A stretch of DNA of 63,380 bases, counting the filler, from Cercozoa sp. M6MM (Eukaryota; Protista; Endomyxa: Ascetosporea): NCBI GenBank assembly GCA_040357565.1. It is 9 parts of 9 records of this genome, joined end to end, with 100 filler letters (N's around TTAATTAATTAA, not from the genome) between each part and the next. Parts side by side here need not be neighbours in the genome. Positions count along the whole stretch, not along the records: positions 31,608 to 56,942 come from JBDODJ010000154.1; positions 57,043 to 60,159 come from JBDODJ010001605.1; positions 60,260 to 62,054 come from JBDODJ010001917.1; positions 62,155 to 63,380 come from JBDODJ010002104.1; 5 more parts are not named here. One strand, given 5' to 3'. A program made the position numbers and the translations under genes. The notes beneath the pieces are model-generated. The model searched no databases and had not been told where the DNA came from. It was given only the letters and a program-made list of their open reading frames with translations. Below are positions 53,682 to 63,380 of the stretch, piece after piece. The number at the start of each line of letters is the position of its first letter. The stretch's first letter is position 1.

Positions 53682-56600
53682 CCGTACACGTGGTCACTCA
53701 GGGGCGGCCAGGCGGTCACTCACGGTGGTCACTCACGGAGGTCATTCTGAGATGTCTAGGTACACTGCAGCAGGCGCGGTCGCTCGGTCACCAGGAGGTC
53801 CATCACGTGCGTGTACTCGGCACTGCTGCTGCCACTGAACACACACAAACACACACGTTTGTTGGGGAACGGTGGGTACTAGGTACTGGGGTACTAGGTA
53901 GGTACTGGGGTACTGGGATGGGGTGGCTGGGGGGATACCTCTCGGCAGGATGACGGGTCAGACGCACGCGACCGATGGTGACGGTACCGTCAATGTCGCC
54001 GATGCGTTGATCCAGGATCGGTGCCAGTGTGCGATCACTCTGATCGATCGGTGCGGCGCCAGTGACGATTAGAACGTTGCGCACCGTCATGAGAGGCGAC
54101 ACTTGCCACCGCGTGCGCTGCATGGCCTCACTATGCACACTGCTGTGTTAACCCCCCATCTTACCCCCCCCCCCCCGAGTGACAGGGTGTACCGCTTGAT
54201 GACGGTGCAGTAGCCAGGCCGCACGTCGTGTCCGGCAATCACGGCGATCAGCTTGAGTAGCACCGTCCAGGCACCGTGCTGAACCGCCACAGGAACGACG
54301 CGCGACATGGCACGTGTCGACTGCGCCGTCACACGTGCCAGCAGCAGGAGGCGCGCACGTGCCTCACCGTCCTCCTCGGCCTGATCAACGTCCTGATCGG
54401 CACCCTGATCACCGTCAGTCAGACATACGTGCGTCAGTAGGCGCGCGAAACCGTCGCAGTGCGTGGCCGCTTCGTCGCGCAGCATGAGTCGACACAGCGA
54501 GCTGAGCGACACGTCGCTTTCTCCGGCCTCCTGATCACACACGTGCATACCGATCGATCACTAGTACATCGCTGGTCGATCACTGACCGATCACTGGTCG
54601 ATCACTAGAAGGTACCAGATAGCCCTGCACGCAGTGCTCGCTCTTGCCGCGACAGTCGCAGCTCACGTGTCGCTGCAGGAGTGCGTCACTCAGCCATACA
54701 CGTGTTTCTGCGCACACAGACACACCGTCATACACCCAGTGATCGCACAGTGATCGCACAGTGATCGCACAGTGACCACACAGGCAAGGAGTACCCAGTG
54801 GCGCCGGCAGTGCCACGCGGCCGAGTGCGCGCAGCAGCAGACGCGTCGCTCGACCGGCGGCGTTTTCGCTGTGCGTCTGCTGCGCCGCCTTGCTCAGCAC
54901 GAGGCGCGCCAGCAGCTCCAGTGCAGAGTGGTCAAACGAGTGACCACCCATGTGACCACCAGAGCGATCACTGCTGGCACGTGCACACGAGCGACAGAAG
55001 AGTCGCAGCGATCGCAGCAGACCGTCGGTCACCGACGCCGACTTTATTTTCTCGTTCAGCAGCGAGCGCACGAAGGCGATTTCCGTCGGCAGTCCAAGCG
55101 GCACGTCCTGTGTCCATTCGGACGGGACACGCAGACACACACACATCGTTTACATTTGGACTTCGGTACATACAACTATGGTATTACTGGGTCCTGCCAT
55201 TCGCCATGTCGCTTGTACAGCACACGTAGCACCTTGGGGATCTGTCACACCGGGAGGGGTAGGAAGGTAAGGGGTAGATGGGTAAAGCGAGCGGAGTAAA
55301 GGGAGGGGTAAATGGGTAAAGGGAAGGGTGAAGGGAGGGGAAGGAAAAGACACGCAGGCACCTTGACCGGGAGGAACAGGAGCGAGGAGAAGTGCGTGCG
55401 ACTGAGCACGTCGGCGACGTGACGTTCCAGCGATCGGTTCTGCCGCACACAGTCAGCCAGACTGTCGAGGTAGGAATTCACACCGTCCCAGCACTCGGGC
55501 AGGCCACGTGCGCATACTGGGTGATGCTGCATCATGATCCACACGCACAGACCGTCGACACGTGTCTGATCGAGGTGCCGCTCCAACTGGTCTTGTCGCT
55601 CGCGACTGCACACACACATGCATACGCACGTGTCAAATGGGTGACCACACAGAGTGACCCACACAGAGTGACCGCAACAGAGTGACCACATACAGAGTGA
55701 CCACACACAGAGTGACTACGTGTACCTCTGAGAGTCGGCCAGTTGCACGCACAGCTGCAGCAACTGTACGCGCACGTGCAGCACCGCACCCACTAGGTCG
55801 TCACTCTGCGCATACGTGTGTGTGAGTCAGACACGTGCACGCACACACCGCACACACACACCGTCCCCCCACGTGCTCACTCACAGAGAGGACAGAAAGC
55901 AACCGTCTCGACGGTGAGCGAGTCGACCTCGGCGGAGGCGTGGACGACGGCCGCCAGAAGCTTGTCGAGCGCGCCGCGCGCCGTGTGACGGTGCATGTCG
56001 CCCTGCCAGTGCTGCGCCAGCAACCGTCGCATCAGTCGCGGACGGTGCAGCACGTGCCAGAGACGGTTGCGATCACGATGACACGAGCACTCGGCGGTGG
56101 TACGGTTCGAGTCGCTGTTCGAGTCACCGTCGCTCTCGGTGGCGTCACTGTCACTCAGTGCCACGTGCTTACTGACACGCCTCGTGTCAGTGACGGTGCC
56201 AGTGACGGTGCCACTGACGGTGCCAGTGACGGTGTTACCGACGGTGCCAGGACACGTGCACTGCTGCGGCAGCAGGCGCAGTGCCACCTCGAACAGCAGC
56301 TGCGCTGTCGACTCGAGCGCGTGCAGCAGCGCGTCGATCGCCGCGTCGCCGGCCACGTGCAGCAGGCACCGCGGCAGAGGTACCGTCGACACCGTCCCAG
56401 TCGACTGGGTAGCCAGTGCGCCACGTAGCAGTTGGCACCAGTCGCGGCACACGTGCGTGCACGTGTGTCCCCGACTCAGACACGGCAGCATACACGGCAG
56501 CCACTCGAGCGCCTGTAGACGCGACACGACGCCGAGGCAGTGTTCACCCACGTGCTCACTGGGGTGGTCACCCTCGTGCTCACTGGCACCGGCACACACA

Positions 56601-56845
56601 CGTGCCAGTCGCGCCGCCACTCGCTGCAGTTGTCGCAGAAGAGCCTCCGACCCGCCCTCATCCTGCAGCGAGGACTTCACGTCTTTCACCTACGTTGGGG
56701 TTAAGGAGGGGGTAAAGGGGTGCTTTGAGGGGGTAACGGGTTAAATGTAGAGGGTGGGGGGGGGGGGGTAAGCGTATACAATTTGTTTGTCCTCGGGAGA
56801 ACACTGCTGCGCGAAGCCTTCGTCCAATTGCTCGTACAGTTTGTC
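46324..56845 (-). CDS. Large ubiquitin-specific protease (C19; USP9/24/34-like), 5' truncated
   Basis: Cys box GLSNPACVCYLNS|VLQQL (about 51400-51460), QQDADEFF, LPPVLVFSLKRF, YRLMGVVVHAG|GGHYY, WWRCDD, AYMLVYER, with long helical flanks. The flanking exons are assumed to belong to the same gene. Confidence 0.85.
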
Positions 56846-57042
56846 CTGCGTACAGGTACACATTTGTAATACATGTATATCCATACATATATACATATAT
56901 GTATATATATGTATATGTATATATATGTATATGTATATATATNNNNNNNNNNNNNNNNNNNNNNNNNNNNNNNNNNNNNNNNNNNNTTAATTAATTAANN
57001 NNNNNNNNNNNNNNNNNNNNNNNNNNNNNNNNNNNNNNNNNN

Positions 57043-57090
<48 letters not shown>

Positions 57091-57102
57091 AGGGAAGACT
57101 AC

Positions 57103-57412
57103 CTGCTTGGCAACAGCTGCCTTGTCCTCCCAGGAACTCAACATTCGCACGCTCTCCTGCAGCGGTTAAAGCAATAAATCCAAGTCACAGCAGCTCTAAA
57201 GCTCCCAAAGTACCTCTTCAAGCGCAAAATCGTAAGAGCAAGGTTGCATCGACTCGTCCAGCGTCGTGTCAAAGTCGAACTTGCTGCTGTCGCCTACGCA
57301 CAGCTCATACATCAAGCGTCTACTAAAGCATACATCGCAGAGCACCAGGAAGCGAGTATTCGCTGTACTTCAGACGTGGGTACATGCGCTGATTTGAGTG
57401 AATGAACGACAT
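57103..57412 (-). CDS. Hypothetical protein, 5' part
   Basis: MSFIHSNQRI|RLMYELCVGDSSKFDFDTTLDESMQPCSYDFALEE|ESVRMLSSWEDKAAVAKQ| splices in frame. Confidence 0.4.
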
Positions 57413-57738
57413 TGCGCTGAACTTTTTGCTTCTTCCTCAAAGCAACAAAGTGACAAAATTCCTGTCGTCTCACGGGATCTCGTCAGAGAAGCACCTGTGA
57501 CTAAAAATCCAAATTGCTGGCTGCTCTCACAATCAACGGAACGCGAAAAGTTGCTCCACGGTGAAATGAGCAGAAAGGTAAAAAAGTTGTGTTGGTGAGC
57601 CGACAGCTGAGTCCAGTAAAATAATCAAAAACGGCCGGCCGCTTTGACCCAGAAAAAAAACCAAGCTTGTAGCCAGCCATAGCGTGTAGTTCGGAGTGCA
57701 ACTGTACCTGACAGCGAGCACACGTAGTAAAACACAAC

Positions 57739-58876
57739 ATGGCTCTGCAGGTAGGATTTCGCTAACCTTGACTGCAAAATCTGCCGGCCTCCCTGGCATC
57801 GGCAAGTTTTGTTAGCCACTCAACATGTGCATGTGTGCAGAGTGGCCGCGATGGCGTCTGGAAGACGATCCTCGGCGCGAAACAGTACTCGGTAAGCCGA
57901 TTTTGTCGCTTTTGGGTTCATGTTTGATAGTTTTTTTTTGTTTCGGTAGGGCATTGAGCGTATTATCGTCTCTTGTGCTCTGTTTTTCGAGAGGCAGCGC
58001 ACATGTGTTTGTTGTTTGAGGCAGTCTTCCCGCTGTACATGCTTGCCGGTGGCGCTTGCATGTTCATGTCGTTCACGGTGTGGAAGAACTACACGGACTG
58101 GAGTTTGCAGGTACTTTGTGCTTCGGCACTTGGCACGTGTTTGTGTACCCCTTATGTCCATCGAAAGACGTCGGCCAATGCCAACCTGACGCGTCCCGAT
58201 CTCACGAACTTCAACTCATCCCTTGTGAAGCTCAAGATGCTTGGTACATTCCTTCTTGTTGGCGCACGGAAGTGTTCTCGCTTACGTGTCGTGTTTCTCA
58301 CTTCATCACTTCAGAGATGGCCGAAAAGATCTGGGTCTGGGATACTGAGGACCAGGTGCGTTTTACCCGAGAACTTCGGGTCGGTTGATTGGGTACATTG
58401 CTTGTTTTGCCTAGGTCCCGACGAACCTGCCGTCGACTGCCATTGTGCTTCAGGAGAGCAAGGTACGTCTCAAGTGCACTGGCAGCGTAATCCCGATCAG
58501 TACATGTGGTGTTCTCTGGCAGGACCCGTTGCCGGAATCGCTGCTGGACGAACTCGCCATCCCGTTCTCGCAACACACGCCTGGTACTCACGGGTCGGAC
58601 TAGTTTGATTGTGTCAAGCAAATGCACTCGCAGAGACCGTGACGGAGGTGCACATCGTCCGCGACCCGGACTTTGCCAAGCGCCACATCTACTTCAAGAT
58701 GGTCGACGGCGAGACGGAGCTTTGGGAGGACCTGTCAAGTGCGCTTCTCCCAGTTTCTTTCATCTCACTCTTGATCCTCTCTGTGTTACTTTTGCTACCT
58801 GTGCTGTACAGAGAACAAGTTCTTCGCCGCCCAGGACGACGAAGAGGAGGAAGCCGACGAGGAGGATGTCGAGTAA
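57739..58876 (+). CDS. Single-TM protein with NDUFA4/B12D-like N-terminus and acidic C-terminal extension
   Basis: About 9 short exons; AVFPLYMLAGGACMFMSFTVWKN resembles the B12D/NDUFA4 TM motif; ends DDEEEEADEEDVE*. Confidence 0.4.
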
Positions 58877-59026
58877 TTTTACCGCCACCGTCGTTCAACC
58901 CATTATCCAATCCCCTCGATCTGAATCCGATCATTTTTCAGTTTCCAAGTTCAACCGCACTTCCGTTCCGATTAGCGTACTCACAGGCACTGAATTCAGC
59001 AAACTCGAATTCCGTTCACTCTGCAT

Positions 59027-60092
59027 CTACTCCACGCGGATCTCGCACAGATTGGGCGACACATCAAAGTCGGCCTCGGTAGCAGCGCGCACGTCATCGA
59101 CAGTAAGCTCAGGCGCGATCTCGACGAGGACGAGCTTGCCGGCAGTCTTGTCGACGTCGAAGACGGCCTTGTCAGTGATGATTCGGTCCACGCACTGACG
59201 GCCCGTGAGCGGCAGCGAGCACTGGTGCAGGAGCTTGGAGGCGCCGCCCTTGCTGCAGTGCTCCATGGTGACGACGACACGCGAGCCCGACGTCACCAAG
59301 TCCATGGCACCACCCATGCCTACAGGAGGGAGGGGGGTATTAAAAACAACATAGGGTGGGTGTAGGGCCTGGGAGATACCCTTCACAAGCTTGCGCGGGA
59401 TGATCCAGTTGGCGATGTCGCCGTTCTGCGCGACCTCCATGGCACCGAGGATGGTAACGTCGACGTGGCCACCGCGGATCATGGCGAAGCTGTCCGACGA
59501 GGAGAAGAGCGAGGCGCCCGGTACCGTCACCACGGTCTCCTTGCCGGCGTTGATGAGATCAGGGTCCTCCCCGCCGCGGCGCGGGTACGGACCCATGCCG
59601 AGCAGGCCGTTCTCGGACTGGAACATCACCTGTGCGCCCTCGGGCAGGTAGTTGCTCGCCAGCGTCGGCATGCCAATGCCCAGGTTCACGTTCATACCGT
59701 CCTCGATCTACGTTTGTACATGGGTATCTCAACAAACAAGGGGAGGAAATAACAGCAAAGGGGCGGACCTCCAAGGCCGCACGACGCACGATGCGCTCGC
59801 GCAGGCGCTGTCGCTCGTTCTTCGGCTTGTCTTCATGCTGCTCGCTCTCCTCCTACAGGGTTGACATACCGATTATAGAAAAGCTAACAGAGAGGGTACA
59901 GGTAAACAAATGTACCGGCTGCAGCGTGAGTCGCTCGATGCGCTTCGGCATCTGCGCCACGACAACTGCGTTGACGTAGATACCCGGCACCTGTGTGGCA
60001 CGAAAATGCTGAGAGAGTCGAAGCGGGAAAAAGGAGTCAACTACCTGCACTTCATCCGGCGCAATCTCGCCCAAATCAACGATCTCTTCGAC
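59027..60092 (-). CDS. OXCT1: Succinyl-CoA:3-ketoacid CoA-transferase (SCOT/OXCT1-like), C-terminal part
   Basis: [22 protein letters not shown] (catalytic Glu), [32 protein letters not shown]. Confidence 0.95.
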
Positions 60093-60261
60093 CTAGAGAC
60101 GGGGGGGGGGGGGGGGATGGAGCGGGAGGTTAGCCCTCGAACCATCCGGTGCGAAAACANNNNNNNNNNNNNNNNNNNNNNNNNNNNNNNNNNNNNNNNN
60201 NNNTTAATTAATTAANNNNNNNNNNNNNNNNNNNNNNNNNNNNNNNNNNNNNNNNNNNNAA

Positions 60262-60619
60262 ACCTTGTTGCCCGACAGCATGGCCAGGAAGGAGTCGGTC
60301 GGGTCCGTCATGTCGCCGTCGACCGACGCTTGCTTCCGCTCCTTGTCCTCTTCGTCAGCTACGTCGTCTACGTCGATACACATCAACATACATGGCTTTA
60401 CCCCCCTCTCACCCCAACCTACGTTTCTTCGGGAACAAGTCCATGCTGCGCACTAGCGTCGCCAGTTTGCCTCGCTCAGCTGTGCGAAAATAACAAACAG
60501 AGACAAACAGAAAACAACAAACACAATAACAATAAACAGAGAAACAACAAACAGAGAAACGCACCGTCGTCGCCGCCTTTTCGACGGCGCAGCTGAGCGC
60601 CGCCTGTGTCGCCCAACAT
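60262..60619 (-). CDS. 5' fragment, possibly ERGIC2/3 (Erv41/Erv46)-like
   Basis: MLGDTGGAQLRRRK...KLATLVRSMDLFPK resembles the ERGIC N-terminal 'LDAFPK' motif; only about 75 aa are visible. Confidence 0.3.
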
Positions 60620-60949
60620 CCCCACAGACCACTTGCAACGAATTCGCCACCAATTGCAATTCTGACACGCTTGCAGACACTCACGTTCTGCCCACACACA
60701 CTGCCTGTTGCTGAGCACTCTCACAAAGCTCCTGCAACCTTTCTGATCACGCACCTTTAATTAAATCCTGCAATCACCCAAAAGAAACGCGCGTTCTCGC
60801 AAATCGCGCTCCGTCTCGCTAACTGACTTGTTCTGAGTTATAGGTACGCTTCACGCACAGATATGCACTGCACAGACGGAGTGATCGCGTGTATTTTCCG
60901 AGGTGCGACGAATACGAGTAATGTGACGTGTGTGTTTTCTTTTCGCAGG

Positions 60950-61999
60950 ATGAAGCTGCTGTGCTCGCTGCTGCTGGCTGCGGGTGCGTGTGCCGACTTG
61001 GCTCCCTTCCTACAGGAGAGTGCCACGCGAACGACGGACCACTTTGTCGGCGAGTTCGCGCTGCAGCTGTCGCCGAACACGCCGACGCAGCGATTGCACG
61101 ACATTGCGCGCGCCGTACTGTCACTTTTTATTTTGCGATCACCGCTTCCGCGCGGAAGTCTTGGGTCACATTTTTCTGTCGATTGCAGTTGGAAGATGAA
61201 CTCGGAGTTTCGGTGGCCGTGATTAGTATGGCCCCTGATGATGCAGAGCCTGAGGTAGCTTCAGTTTTCGTCTCGGGCCACAGCAGGAAAAATAAACTGA
61301 AAGCTCGCTTTGAGAGCAGAAAAAGTACCGCGCTTTGAGTGTGTCGGGTGCTCACATGCACTGGCAACTGGATTCGCTGCGTCGCGTGGATGAGGCACTG
61401 CTGTTGGAGCCGACCTTTGCCGTGACTGCTCGTAATTTCGTTTCTTTGCAAAAATACAAAAAATACGAAAAGCACTGCGACAAACTACACAGAGAAGGTG
61501 CAGCAGTGTGGACCGTCTGATGAGTGTTCCTGGGGCCTGGATCGGTAGTTTCGTTGAGTGTGGGTCCATCGGTGGCTACAAGGGCGTTTGTGCCATTTTG
61601 GTTTGTGGTATTTTATGTGTGTGTTTTTGGGGACAGAATCTGTCGGCGCAATCTGCCGCTGCAGGAGGAGTTCGAGTACTCTGAGACGGCTGACACTGAG
61701 ACCGGTAGCTTTTACCCCCTCTCCCTACCTTTGGACCTTTGATCCCGGTGCAGTCTACGTGATCGACAGCGGTGTGAATCCGCGTCATCCATCGTTCCAG
61801 GGTCGCGTACTGAAGGGCGCATGTTTCAATCGACAGGGTACACGTGTACCGTCCAGTATGGTGTCTACTTTGTAGCCTTAATGTTGTGTGTACAGGCGAT
61901 TTGGACATGTCGATGGAGGGCTGTCAGACCGACTGCTACGGGCATGGCACGCACGTGGCCGGCACCATTGGCTCCTACGACTACGGCGTCGCCAAGAAG
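60950..61999 (+). CDS. Secreted subtilisin-like serine protease (S8A, proteinase K-like), 3' truncated
   Basis: Signal peptide MKLLCSLLLAAGACA, propeptide, SWGLDRI, VYVIDSGV (Asp), DCYGHGTHVAGTIGS (His), YGVAKK. Confidence 0.93.
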
Positions 62000-62019
62000 G
62001 TGTGTGCTTTGCCCCCTGT

Positions 62020-62054
<35 letters not shown>

Positions 62055-62154
62055 NNNNNNNNNNNNNNNNNNNNNNNNNNNNNNNNNNNNNNNNNNNNTT
62101 AATTAATTAANNNNNNNNNNNNNNNNNNNNNNNNNNNNNNNNNNNNNNNNNNNN

Positions 62155-63380
62155 CCCCCCCCCACTTTACCCAGCCCAGACCTACCAGTCCAGCCGTCGG
62201 TGGTGGTGACGGTGGCGGCACGTGCCGTTTCTCCAGTCACACTGATCGGTCGCTGTGACTCGTGCACCGGCACTCTCACCTGGGGTTCACACGGGGGGGG
62301 TAAACAGGGGGGTAAACAGGGGGGTAAACAGGGGGGTAAACAGGGCTAAAACACAAGAAACGCACATTGAGCACGACGGCGTCGTCCGCGCGGAAGCGCT
62401 CGATACGAGCCTCGCCGCCGCCAGCCTTGTTCGACAGCGTCGAACGCCACGGCAGCAGTCGCTGTCTTGCACCTGGGATCCGGGGGGTAGGGGGTAGGGG
62501 GTAGGGGTAGGAGGGTAGGGGTAGGGGGTAGGGGGTAAACACACCATCGGCATACACGACGGTGACGCCGGTACGCACGGCGGCCGAGTCACCTGCCGCC
62601 GGCATCGCCACCGCCCACGTGCGCAGGTACATGTCTTGCACTGGGGTGGGGGAGGGTAAACAGGGGGATAAATGGGAGGTAATAGGGGATAAATGGGAGG
62701 TAATAGGGGATTAATGGGAGGTAGATAGGGGATAAACCGGGAGATAAATGGGGGGGGGGGGGNNNNNNNNNNCCCCCCCCCACTTTACCCAGCCCAGACC
62801 TACCAGTCCAGCCGTCGGTGGTGGTGACGGTGGCGGCACGTGCCGTTTCTCCAGTCACACTGATCGGTCGCTGTGACTCGTGCACCGGCACTCTCACCTG
62901 GGGTTCACACGGGGGGGGTAAACAGGGGGGTAAACAGGGGGGTAAACAGGGGGGTAAACAGGGCTAAAACACAAGAAACGCACATTGAGCACGACGGCGT
63001 CGTCCGCGCGGAAGCGCTCGATACGAGCCTCGCCGCCGCCAGCCTTGTTCGACAGCGTCGAACGCCACGGCAGCAGTCGCTGTCTTGCACCTGGGATCCG
63101 GGGGGTAGGGGGTAGGGGGTAGGGGTAGGAGGGTAGGGGTAGGGGGTAGGGGGTAAACACACCATCGGCATACACGACGGTGACGCCGGTACGCACGGCG
63201 GCCGAGTCACCTGCCGCCGGCATCGCCACCGCCCACGTGCGCAGGTACATGTCTTGCACTGGGGTGGGGGAGGGTAAACAGGGGGATAAATGGGAGGTAA
63301 TAGGGGATAAATGGGAGGTAATAGGGGATTAATGGGAGGTAGATAGGGGATAAACCGGGAGATAAATGGGGGGGGGGGGG
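62155..63380. repeat. Apparently identical ~608-bp tandem duplication (offset 618) across an N10 gap, containing three minus-strand exons of an unknown gene
   Basis: 62155-62762 matches 62773-63380; the ORF track translations are duplicated. Confidence 0.9.

Overview
Eukaryotic (protist) genomic DNA using the standard genetic code, with many short GT-AG introns that are often filled with microsatellites. The window is not one locus: it is nine contigs joined by artificial 100-nt spacers (N44-TTAATTAATTAA-N44). Manual splicing recovers about 24 genes, most of which the ORF track only shows in fragments. They include ubiquitin-RPS27a, a DUF1771-Smr nuclease, a PH-CAMK kinase, the XMAP215/MOR1 C-terminus, a 7TM protein, RAD52, RNASEH2B, arginase, neurochondrin, a bromodomain+ET protein, a long helical-repeat protein whose C-terminus resembles peroxin PEX8, a bacterial-type DinB protein carrying introns, a USP24/34-like deubiquitinase, SCOT and a subtilisin. 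A U1 snRNA gene with a deviant Sm site and a USE-like upstream element lies at about 33130-33288 (-). The most notable signals are the candidate PEX8 in a lineage that appears to be neither fungal nor plant (ubiquitin hints at Rhizaria), a splicing system with a canonical U1 5' end but GTAC/GTAG donors that mostly lack +5G, locus-specific repeat motifs in introns, and a speculative telomerase-RNA-like segment. Family assignments rest on motif recognition from memory, not on database searches, and all exon boundaries are manual predictions.
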